This document shows, in pieces, positions 1-6,997 of a DNA stretch of 38,206 nt. A model generated the notes under the pieces. It made no database searches, was not told the origin of the DNA, and worked only from the letters and a program-made list of their open reading frames with translations. Source of the DNA: a virus (Duplodnaviria > Caudoviricetes). Position numbers and translations under genes: made by a program. Position 1 is the first letter of the stretch. Every line of letters starts with the position of its first letter. The stretch lies in IMG/VR virus record IMGVR_UViG_3300049228_000060, positions 1 through 38,206 of that record; one strand, 5' to 3'.

Positions 1-127
1 ACGGTGAAAGAGATGGCATTTAATCCAACGAATCATCACTCGCCCCCTTGCTTGTCGTTAGCGGTAGGGATGGCGAGAATTTCAGTGGCATATTTACGCG
101 ACTCCTCATCCGCATATGATGAGTCGT
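1..127. repeat. Terminal direct repeat, copy 1 (circular assembly overlap)
   Basis: Bases 1-127 are identical to 38080-38206. The length matches a k=127 assembler overlap, and minus-strand genes read continuously across the junction. Confidence 0.95.
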
Positions 128-926
128 TTGTATAACCTGCCTGCCAATACCCGGCGCGCCATGCGCTCTCGATAATGCCGCGAACCGCTGGCGTGTTGAC
201 GGCCAGTGAATTCATGCGCTCCACAACCAATTGCGCATCTTCTAAATCCATGAAGTCGGCAACATAAGAGCCGGTCGATGTTGTAATGCGGCCGTAGTCG
301 CGCTGTTGGCTTTCCATGGATTTTGCGACCCACGGCAGCGGCTGTTTCGTTGCCTTGGCATCCGGCACCGCTGGCGTGTTGGCAATGCGGGCGGTTTCAA
401 GCGCTTCCATTTTTGTTGGATCGCTTTCGTATTTCGCTATCATATCGGCTAGCGGCTTTGTGCCGGCGACAGCTACCGCCTGCGGCGCAATGGGGGTGGC
501 AACGGATCGCAGCGCCTTGTAAATCGCCTCAGTTACGTCACGCCCATTTTCTCCGGGGTTGCTGCAATCATTCTCCCGACGAGTTACTACGCCTTCGACA
601 TAAACTTGAATGAACCGCAATATGCGCTCGCCTTCCTCTTTGAATGGATACCCCCACTCAAGCGGCTCCACGTCAACATCTACCGCCTGCGGTGCAATGG
701 GGGCTTGCTGGGCCTTTAAAAACTCGTCTGGCATCGGTACCGGTTTTCCGCTAACCGTGCTCAGCGCATCATTCCAGCCGCGCACATAATCCGGCGGCGC
801 TTCACCATCTTCCAAAAATTCTGCTGATTCACAAACAAGCTGGGCGCGGAGTTCTGCCATCTCGGCTTGCAGCACTTTGATAACTGCATTTGCTTGGTCT
901 AATGCTTGGCTCATAATTTCACTCAT
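36..926 (-). CDS. Mosaic hypothetical early protein (Ead/Eaa-like modular accessory protein)
   Basis: Long ORF (track 36..935, probable ATG at 926) with internal repeated linkers PIAPQAV x2 and NTPAV x2 and a YVRGWNDAL motif typical of lambdoid accessory proteins. Confidence 0.6.
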   Translation of the reverse strand: MSEIMSQALDQANAVIKVLQAEMAELRAQLVCESAEFLEDGEAPPDYVRGWNDALSTVSGKPVPMPDEFLKAQQAPIAPQAVDVDVEPLEWGYPFKEEGERILRFIQVYVEGVVTRRENDCSNPGENGRDVTEAIYKALRSVATPIAPQAVAVAGTKPLADMIAKYESDPTKMEALETARIANTPAVPDAKATKQPLPWVAKSMESQQRDYGRITTSTGSYVADFMDLEDAQLVVERMNSLAVNTPAVRGIIESAWRAGYWQAGYTNDSSYADEESRKYATEILAIPTANDKQGGE

Positions 927-944
927 CTCTCTCACCTATATCGG

Positions 945-1397
945 CTAGCGGCTTTGTGCCACCGGCTGCCCTGCCAGTTGTGCAACTAACGCTCTGTTTT
1001 TCTCCAGCAGATCGACAAGCGATAATACTTCCCACTGGTCTATCAGCTCTTGTTGCGATGCCAGTTGTGTGCGGAGGGTGGCAAGCTCTGACGCGGTAAA
1101 CGGAAACCATTTTTCTAACGACGAATTCTCGCGCCATTCAGCGCCGGTTTTTCTATCCAGCTCATCGAGATCACGAATTTTTTCTTCGTTCGTGCGTTCG
1201 TCCATATTGCATGTTTGAAAATCATACGCCCCGCTGCGGCTTGGCTCTGCGGTGCGAGAGGCTTCAAGCTCCTCGACTTTGCGCTGCAGCGATTCAACCA
1301 ACTCGATTTCTTCCAGCGCCTCTGCTGCCTCAACCGGCCAATCGGTTTCTGCCGTGTTGCGTAGATCAGCGAGTATTTGTTCATAGTCGCGCATCAT
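945..1397 (-). CDS. Hypothetical coiled-coil early protein
   Basis: ~150 aa ORF with GAGGA RBS and heptad-like stretches; contains WRENSSLEKWFP. Confidence 0.65.
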   Translation of the reverse strand: MMRDYEQILADLRNTAETDWPVEAAEALEEIELVESLQRKVEELEASRTAEPSRSGAYDFQTCNMDERTNEEKIRDLDELDRKTGAEWRENSSLEKWFPFTASELATLRTQLASQQELIDQWEVLSLVDLLEKNRALVAQLAGQPVAQSR

Positions 1398-1509
1398 CAA
1401 TCCTCAAATTATGTTTAATCCAATACAGCGGTATTTCAAATTTGCTCGCCAAGTCTTGTAACTTTAGTCCGTGCCGTTCGCGTAACTCCAATAGTAATTT
1501 TTTATCGGA

Positions 1510-2013
1510 TTAAGCAATTCGCAATCCAGATTTGTATTCAAGGTGGGCGCACTCGATTGACTCGCCAGATTCAAGTGCTTTCTTGATTCCAGCCTTGTCG
1601 ATATCTTCCACAACCCGTTCGCTAATATACTTCGATGGAATCTTTTCTTGATCGTCAATAATCAACGAAGCGCGTGGAGCAATCAGGGTGATAGCAAAGG
1701 TGCCATCAATTGCTGATACTTTTTTAATGCCTGCTTTTTCCATATTCTCGCGCAGATAATCTTTCATCCGCGCCACTTTGTTTTCGTACACTTTGCGACG
1801 AGCTGCAATGGCCACCTCTGCCGCCTTGATCTTGTCGGCTTCGGCTTCGAGGTTTTTAATGAAGGCTCCGACGTTGGCAATCTTTAATGATAATTCACCT
1901 TCTAACGCTTCAAGGGTATCGTTAATGGCGTCTTCGGGGATATCCATGTCAGCCAGATCAATAAACGCCGCCTGAAATTCTTGGGTCATTTTGTAAAGAG
2001 ATAATGTGCTCAT
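1510..2013 (-). CDS. Siphovirus Gp157 family protein
   Basis: MSTLSLYKMT start, DTLEALEGEL..KI.NV, coiled coil, IPSKY, DIDKAGIKKALESG...AHLE C-terminus; next to a recombinase. Confidence 0.85.
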   Translation of the reverse strand: MSTLSLYKMTQEFQAAFIDLADMDIPEDAINDTLEALEGELSLKIANVGAFIKNLEAEADKIKAAEVAIAARRKVYENKVARMKDYLRENMEKAGIKKVSAIDGTFAITLIAPRASLIIDDQEKIPSKYISERVVEDIDKAGIKKALESGESIECAHLEYKSGLRIA

Positions 2014-2015
2014 TA

Positions 2016-2318
2016 TTAAAATCCTATGTCATCGTTAAAAAAGGAATCATCGACTCCGCCAGTTTGCGCTGAATGCTTTGGTTGTGATCGAGCAGCCGCC
2101 GGCGTTGCTAATTGTTCGCGGGGCTTAGGATCAAATGCTGCAAGCCATACACTTCCATCAGCATCGACACGACAACCAGCAGGAGAAAAACACGCGTCTA
2201 ATTTCACACGGATGCCTTTATCCGTTTCCAATAACGTGCCGACTTTACGGGTGACATATTTCGTCTGCCCATCCTTTTCATAAGTTCCGATCGTTGCCAC
2301 CAAATCCTTATATGCCAT
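2016..2318 (-). CDS. Small SSB-like protein with acidic tail
   Basis: Beta-rich N-terminus (GTYEKDGQTK...VGTL), flexible linker and acidic C-terminal FNDDIGF resembling an SSB C-tip; follows the Sak gene. Confidence 0.6.
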   Translation of the reverse strand: MAYKDLVATIGTYEKDGQTKYVTRKVGTLLETDKGIRVKLDACFSPAGCRVDADGSVWLAAFDPKPREQLATPAAARSQPKHSAQTGGVDDSFFNDDIGF

Positions 2319-2321
2319 GAT

Positions 2322-2789
2322 TCACACCTTTTTGAAGTAATTTGCTTGCCAAATAGCAAGACGGTTAGTTAAGTCTTTCTTTGTCGCATCATCAAACTTG
2401 TACGACCTCCCTGCAGCAACCAGCGGAACCCAAATATTGGGAACGTCATACAGATAGCGACCAATACCCCATAAAACAGCGGCGCGCTTAAAGGCGTCAG
2501 ACATTGCACCCTTTTCTGCCTCGATATCTGTTTCGCCACACCCATTAGCCTTCCATACCCATTCAGACTCAACCTTAATTCCGATTGAACATACAATCCT
2601 TTTCCCGTCTGACCACGGGTATTCAGCCTGCCAGCCAGCCAGCCCACAAACGACATCCAGGCGGTCCATTACATCGCGCGCATTCAGGTACGCCAAAGCA
2701 ATGCCCTTGCTCTTATCGCCGCTGGTAGCCCCTACGCGCCAGCTAATCTGTGCTGCAGGGAATGGGCCTGATAGATCAATAAGATTCAC
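2322..2789 (-). CDS. Rad52/Rad22-family (Sak) single-strand annealing protein
   Basis: LAYLNARDVMDRLDVVCG..GWQ, EAEKGAMSDAFKRAAVLWGIGRYLY; probable GTG start at 2789 after AAGGAG. Confidence 0.9.
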   Translation of the reverse strand: MNLIDLSGPFPAAQISWRVGATSGDKSKGIALAYLNARDVMDRLDVVCGLAGWQAEYPWSDGKRIVCSIGIKVESEWVWKANGCGETDIEAEKGAMSDAFKRAAVLWGIGRYLYDVPNIWVPLVAAGRSYKFDDATKKDLTNRLAIWQANYFKKV

Positions 2790-2955
2790 CAAATATCTCC
2801 TTAAATTCGATCTTTTGCCCCTCATCAATCGCAACAAGGCGCTCAATACTGGCTAATGGATATTCCGTGAAGGTATCGGTACGGCCTTCCTTGTTGTAAA
2901 TCCAGCGAACATTAAACCGAATAGCGGCTTCTTGTGCATCCGTCAGGTTATTCAT
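2776..2955 (-). CDS. Small hypothetical protein (59 aa)
   Basis: Manual translation MNNLTDAQEAAIRFNVRW...FGESY; ATGA overlap with the upstream gene and GGAGG RBS; below the track cut-off. Confidence 0.65.
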   Translation of the reverse strand: MNNLTDAQEAAIRFNVRWIYNKEGRTDTFTEYPLASIERLVAIDEGQKIEFKEIFGESY

Positions 2956-3140
2956 ACTGCCTCCACGCCAAGATGCTGCCGATAAGCCCGATAGCCATTG
3001 AATTTCTGCGATCCGGGCACGAAACTATTCTTGGTAAATCCCTTACGCTTAAAATCCTTTCTTGCTTGTCGCCAGCCCATCTTCCACTCCAGATGGCGTA
3101 TATCGGATTCATGGGCTTCGATCAGTTGTGCGGTGTTCAT
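2952..3140 (-). CDS. Small basic hypothetical protein (62 aa)
   Basis: MNTAQLIEAHE...; ATGA-coupled to 3137..3214. The longer track start at 3302 overlaps other genes. Confidence 0.6.
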   Translation of the reverse strand: MNTAQLIEAHESDIRHLEWKMGWRQARKDFKRKGFTKNSFVPGSQKFNGYRAYRQHLGVEAV

Positions 3141-3214
3141 ACCTGCAAAGCTCCCATTAATCCAATACCAAACGCCAGTGATAAAACAATAAGGCACGAC
3201 AGTGTTTGTTTCAT
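3137..3214 (-). CDS. 25-aa single-TM peptide
   Basis: MKQTLSCLIVLSLAFGIGLMGALQV; ATGA overlaps at both ends. Confidence 0.55.
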   Translation of the reverse strand: MKQTLSCLIVLSLAFGIGLMGALQV

Positions 3215-3516
3215 TGTTTATCATCCTTCTGAATTGTCCGAATCCATTCTTCACAGCTATCCGAAATGGAAGAATAAAACTCGCTGAGCAATGCTTTTGC
3301 ATAAGCCTGCTCTATCGGAATCGTTCTGACCATCAGCGGATCAATTTCGATTTTGTTGCGGTATTCTTTATACATCTTGTCCGCTATTTCATCTTGCAGG
3401 CCAAGCGGCAAATCATAAACGTTCAGGCTATCGTCCTCACTTAATGTAACAAGAGGTGCCATCATCTGCGCTAATGAATACGCCATAATCTCTTTGTTTT
3501 TTTGGAAATCGTTCAT
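3211..3516 (-). CDS. First gene of leftward operon, hypothetical (no HTH or S24 peptidase motif seen)
   Basis: 101 aa ORF with GGAG RBS directly after the leftward promoter. Confidence 0.7.
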   Translation of the reverse strand: MNDFQKNKEIMAYSLAQMMAPLVTLSEDDSLNVYDLPLGLQDEIADKMYKEYRNKIEIDPLMVRTIPIEQAYAKALLSEFYSSISDSCEEWIRTIQKDDKQ

Positions 3517-3547
3517 GGTGCGCTCCGTTGTTTGATCTGATGTAAGA

Positions 3548-3577
3548 ATCTTAGACCAAGCAAATACAGCTTGTCAA
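3548..3577 (-). promoter_or_regulatory. Leftward sigma70-type promoter (PL-like)
   Basis: Minus strand TTGACA (3577-3572), 18 nt spacer, TAAGAT (3553-3548). Confidence 0.7.
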
Positions 3578-3599
3578 CGCCATTACCAACGATTATTAT
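3571..3599 (+). promoter_or_regulatory. Rightward sigma70-type promoter (PR-like)
   Basis: TTGTCA (3571-3576), 17 nt spacer, TATTAT (3594-3599), upstream of the Cro-like gene. Confidence 0.7.
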
Positions 3600-3628
3600 A
3601 GAAAAACACTAAATAGTTCGGAGGCAGC

Positions 3629-3802
3629 ATGACACCTAAACAAGTTATAAAACATTTCGGTAGTGTGCAGAAAACGGCATTAGCTATCGGGATGACAACG
3701 CAGTGCGTCTATAAGTGGCAGAAGAACAATGAAATACCTTATCCGTCACAGCGGATTATTGAGTTATTGACCGATCATAAATTAGAGGCGAAGAAGTTAT
3801 GA
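3629..3802 (+). CDS. cro: Cro-like helix-turn-helix regulator (57 aa)
   Basis: MTPKQVIKHFGSVQKTALAIGMTTQCVYKWQKNNEIPYPSQRIIELLTDHKLEA has the Cro/YdaS-like pattern; GGAGG RBS; first rightward gene; not in the ORF track. Confidence 0.85.
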   Translation: MTPKQVIKHFGSVQKTALAIGMTTQCVYKWQKNNEIPYPSQRIIELLTDHKLEAKKL

Positions 3803-3912
3803 AAAGCTTTGACGAAGACAATCCGAATCTCGACAAGCCCTCCTGGTTCGGCTGGCTCTGTGTACTTATCTTTGTGGGTATCTGTGTTGAGTTATGGAGG
3901 GCTGCATTGTGA
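3799..3912 (+). CDS. 37-aa single-TM peptide
   Basis: MKSFDEDNPNLDKPSWFGWLCVLIFVGICVELWRAAL; ATGA-coupled to cro. Confidence 0.6.
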   Translation: MKSFDEDNPNLDKPSWFGWLCVLIFVGICVELWRAAL

Positions 3913-4055
3913 GTGAAAATTCAGCGATTGCAGTATGTATTATCGCACTTGTTATTGCCGGGCCTTTTGTTGTTATTGGCGTATCTTTAGAAAGCTACTT
4001 TAAGCATCAAGAACGGATGGCCATCATTGCGTGCAAGACACCTGTCTCTAACTAA
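3909..4055 (+). CDS. 48-aa single-TM peptide
   Basis: GTG start overlapping the previous stop; SAIAVCIIALVIAGPFVVIGVSL hydrophobic segment; GGAGG upstream. Confidence 0.6.
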   Translation: MSENSAIAVCIIALVIAGPFVVIGVSLESYFKHQERMAIIACKTPVSN

Positions 4056-4081
4056 CTGGACATCTGTCAAAGGGGAATGAA

Positions 4082-4186
4082 ATGGGAAATTGTGAGCTTT
4101 TAGTATTACTGCAGATCGCAGCTTTACCTGCTGGGATGCTGATTGGTACTGCATGGCACTTTATCGAGGAGCACCATAAAAAATGA
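4082..4186 (+). CDS. 34-aa single-TM peptide
   Basis: MGNCELLVLLQIAALPAGMLIGTAWHFIEEHHKK; AGGGG RBS. Confidence 0.5.
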   Translation: MGNCELLVLLQIAALPAGMLIGTAWHFIEEHHKK

Positions 4187-4235
4187 TGTATTCACCACTG
4201 AACAAAACACCTTTATCTGTTCACAGGAGTATTTT

Positions 4236-4466
4236 ATGAATGACAACCAGCTACTTTCTGCGCTTACAGTAGGTGAGTTCAAAGAATTGATGCGGCAGAT
4301 GCTGGCAAAGGATTCAGGCGTCCATGCTGAAGATATAAACAAACAAGGCTATTTGAATGCGAAGGCAGAATTTAAAGCTGAACCCGTACCGCATGTATGG
4401 CCAGAGGTTAAATGGTTTGCCCATGCTACCCATTGCCCATGTGGGACATGCAGACCTCGTTTATAG
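4236..4466 (+). CDS. Hypothetical protein (76 aa) with C-terminal HATHCPCGTC
   Basis: AGGAG RBS before ATG 4236; LSALTVGEFKELM N-terminal motif; His/Cys cluster at the end. Confidence 0.65.
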   Translation: MNDNQLLSALTVGEFKELMRQMLAKDSGVHAEDINKQGYLNAKAEFKAEPVPHVWPEVKWFAHATHCPCGTCRPRL

Positions 4467-4510
4467 CCATTCCAGCAGCAGGCCTTCATGGGGAGGGCCC
4501 TATGCCTTAA

Positions 4511-4828
4511 CAGTGTATACCCGTTGATACAGGTGTCTGATAAGCTAATTCATTGCATGCCCGGTCATTGGAAGGCTCTAACAGCTCTTATGCGCATAAT
4601 CTGTTAACCGTCCTTCATCCCGGTACTCTGTATGGGTCGCACCCATAACAGCATGCAGTTAGTCCCTGAGCCTTACAGGGTTACAGAAAGGCACTTTATC
4701 GCATGCGCCTTGCTCACCCCCTAACAAGGGCTACGGTGGCAGTCTGGGCGGACAGACCAAGGTGCAGCCGATAAAGCTATAGCCAAGTTATCGAAATCCG
4801 GTAAACCCTAGTAACTTTGCTATACATG
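4511..4828 (+). ncRNA. Candidate large structured ncRNA 1 (unclassified)
   Basis: No ORF in the track. Nested stems: 4513-19/4821-27, 4554-60/4651-57, 4571-75/4612-16, 4579-84/4601-06, 4631-37/4641-47, 4664-68/4676-80, 4694-4701/4769-76, 4704-12/4758-66, 4742-46/4753-57. Non-Watson-Crick pairs read as G-U on the + strand. Confidence 0.6.
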
Positions 4829-4848
4829 AAAATAGTTGCACTTACCTA

Positions 4849-4876
4849 TTGACCTGTGGGCCTATATAGCTATCAT
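4849..4876 (+). promoter_or_regulatory. Sigma70-type promoter upstream of the C4-like RNA
   Basis: TTGACC (4849-54), 16 nt spacer, TATCAT (4871-76). Confidence 0.6.
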
Positions 4877-4883
4877 TGTAATT

Positions 4884-5008
4884 GCCGACGTGGAACTCGG
4901 TTAAGACATCACAACCCGGACGAGAGCCTATTAGAGGAGTAGTCCAATTAACATGTGGTTGTGCGTGTTGGTTGGGTTCCACCTGCTCCCCTAATAGGCT
5001 TTTTGTCG
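4884..5008 (+). ncRNA. C4-type antisense RNA with upstream a1/b1 targets
   Basis: Long stem GAGCCTATTAG-AGGAGTAG / CTGCTCC-CCTAATAGGCTT with a G-U-rich inner stem. Loop GGTTGTG (4957-63) is complementary to CACAACC (4910-16), and bulge GTTCCAC (4976-82) is complementary to GTGGAAC (4890-96). This matches P1/P4 C4 architecture. Confidence 0.75.
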
Positions 5009-5015
5009 TGCGTGT

Positions 5016-5334
5016 GTTTTTGGTTAACTCCTAACACCATCCCTTCAAAAATCCCTATCTGCGAAGTAAACCCGGCTGGATACGAACTTGATATGTCCCG
5101 GTAACGGTCACTCACAAGGCGTATTGAGAGCAGCAAAAGATAAGCCCGCGCTGCACCTGAGTTCTGAAGTCGTTACAGGGGCTATGACAGCTTGCAGGCT
5201 GGAAAGACGATGAGATTAGGCACCTGCAATAATCCTAATCCGCTCGATGGCCATACGCCGGCTCCGAAGAGCTTAACGGGTGTAAGAACTAACCTTGCTT
5301 AATAGCTGGGTATGGGTTCTTACAACTCAAAAAC
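5016..5334 (+). ncRNA. Candidate large structured ncRNA 2 with possible pseudoknot (unclassified)
   Basis: Closing stem 5016-25/5324-34; stems 5101-06/5171-76, 5111-14/5125-28, 5130-34/5150-54, 5261-64/5269-72, 5281-89/5316-24; crossing stems 5192-98/5223-29 and 5214-20/5234-40. Confidence 0.6.
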
Positions 5335-5357
5335 CACCACCACACCAAAGAGCTGTT

Positions 5358-5870
5358 ATGGATTACAAGAGCTTAAAAGGTTTAATACTTAAAGAACTTA
5401 AGGTTGATTGGAATTGTTCAAATAAACTGATCAAAACCTTAGTGCTTAACAAAGGCTATTTAGGTGAGTTCAGTCGCGACGATAAATTCACTGACAACGA
5501 ATTAAAGTCGATTGCACGATTCTTTAATCTGATTGCCATTCAGGCGCCAAAGATAGTTAAAAAGAAAGTAACGAAGTATAAGCAACGCTTTAAATCTGAT
5601 GACCGTTTTTATAATTCGCAGGCATGGAAAGAAGTCCGATATTTTGTATTGAAGCGTGATGGCCGTCGGTGTGTTTGTTGCGGTGCAACACCTGAAGATT
5701 TAGTGAAGATGCACGTTGACCATATTAAGCCGCGCTCCATTCGGCCCGATTTGGAGGTTGACCCGAATAACCTGCAAGTGCTTTGCGAAGATTGCAATGT
5801 TGGCAAGTCGAATAAGGATGACACGGACTGGAGATTTAAAATAATCGACGACATTTCCAATTACCATTGA
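5358..5870 (+). CDS. HNH endonuclease
   Basis: FYNSQAWKEVRYFVLKRDGRRCVCCG...MHVDHIKPRS...NLQVLCEDCNVGKSN, an HNH with two Cys pairs; probable ATG at 5358. Confidence 0.9.
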   Translation: MDYKSLKGLILKELKVDWNCSNKLIKTLVLNKGYLGEFSRDDKFTDNELKSIARFFNLIAIQAPKIVKKKVTKYKQRFKSDDRFYNSQAWKEVRYFVLKRDGRRCVCCGATPEDLVKMHVDHIKPRSIRPDLEVDPNNLQVLCEDCNVGKSNKDDTDWRFKIIDDISNYH

Positions 5871-5876
5871 GAACCT

Positions 5877-6101
5877 ATGCCCACCTTCGACAAGAACACT
5901 AAATATATAGAGGCCGCCAATAACTTTAGGTTGGCGCTGCTAAATTTAAGCAAGAACGGTTTAATTGTGAGGCGAATGCAGATGAAGCACGAGGCAATAA
6001 TCGAGATTGAGCCACAAATGATTATTGAGCCCAAGGAAACCCAGGGCAGCTGGCACAGTGCGTTTATACATGGCATTAGAGTTATATGGAGCAGTCAATG
6101 A
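5877..6101 (+). CDS. Hypothetical protein
   Basis: 74 aa ORF, co-directional and tightly packed. Confidence 0.6.
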   Translation: MPTFDKNTKYIEAANNFRLALLNLSKNGLIVRRMQMKHEAIIEIEPQMIIEPKETQGSWHSAFIHGIRVIWSSQ

Positions 6102-6379
6102 GCTATATACGAATAACCATTGAAGGAATGGGCGGCCCAACGCTTGAGTTTTTGGCTGCGGTAATTAATCGCGCTTTATCAAACTACGACTGTATCGTTT
6201 GCGTAGAATCTAATATTGGAAATAGAAGAGAATCTGATGATGAATTAATTGTTGCGGTTCAGCGCCGAATAATCGAAGGAAATAAATCCGATCAACTAAA
6301 GCAGCTGTTTCCAAATAAGTTTAGGCCGGCATCACCGCGCATTAAGCTCATTGTTGAACATAGTCCCTGGGGTGGGTAG
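6098..6379 (+). CDS. Hypothetical protein
   Basis: ATGA-coupled start at 6098 with GGAG RBS. Confidence 0.6.
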   Translation: MSYIRITIEGMGGPTLEFLAAVINRALSNYDCIVCVESNIGNRRESDDELIVAVQRRIIEGNKSDQLKQLFPNKFRPASPRIKLIVEHSPWGG

Positions 6380-6434
6380 CAATAGAAGTGTTAATATTTA
6401 TTCACGGCATACGGATAATTTGGAGTAGTGAGAA

Positions 6435-6758
6435 ATGAGTTTAGACATTAATTTAATTGCAACACAGCCCACAACAGTGGCCGATTTCAATATTACGCAT
6501 AATCTGGCAGCAATGGCCGATGCTGCTGGCGTCTATAAACATTTGTGGCGACCAGAAGAGCTAGAAATAACTTTGGCCGGGCAGCTTATCGAGCCATTGC
6601 AAAAAGCATTAATCAGACTGGAGGCTGAGCCAGAATATTTTAAAACATATAACCCAGAAAATGGATGGGGAAATTATACAGGGTTCAAAACATTTGTTTT
6701 TCAATATCTGCAGAATTGTATTGCGTATCCAGAAGCAGTTATTCACGTTAGTCGCTAA
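6435..6758 (+). CDS. Conserved phage hypothetical protein
   Basis: NITHNLAAMA..AG.Y..LWRPEE...FKTYNPENGWGNY motif, recalled from phage early regions; GGAG RBS. Confidence 0.7.
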   Translation: MSLDINLIATQPTTVADFNITHNLAAMADAAGVYKHLWRPEELEITLAGQLIEPLQKALIRLEAEPEYFKTYNPENGWGNYTGFKTFVFQYLQNCIAYPEAVIHVSR

Positions 6759-6796
6759 CCCCAACATCCGAATCATTTGGTCAACGGAGAATTGAG

Positions 6797-6976
6797 ATGA
6801 ACATAGAGGATTTGAAACGTGTGGCATATGCCATGGAATCGGCCTATAGAAACACAAGCAGCTCAGGCGATGCGGTGCACGATGTACGAGCACAATTTAA
6901 AGATTTAGATATAGGGCCTACTGTATTAATTGGAATGTGGATGGCCATTGATGCCTATGTTGATTTGCAACCGTAA
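6797..6976 (+). CDS. Small hypothetical protein (59 aa)
   Basis: Manual translation MNIEDLKRVAYAMESAY...YVDLQP; GGAG RBS. Confidence 0.6.
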   Translation: MNIEDLKRVAYAMESAYRNTSSSGDAVHDVRAQFKDLDIGPTVLIGMWMAIDAYVDLQP

Positions 6977-6997
6977 CCCCTACACCGAGGAATAGAT

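Noticed and set aside
4948-5136. 62-aa minus-strand ORF in the ncRNA region
   Set aside because: Non-ATG start, no RBS and no protein-like motif; it overlaps stems whose G-U pairs favour a + strand RNA.
4500-5870. Group I/II intron or IscB/HEARO element
   Set aside because: No interrupted host gene, no recognisable P7 pair (TAGTC at 4660 has no GACTA partner) or domain V motif, and the HNH protein is short with no RuvC or PLMP motifs.
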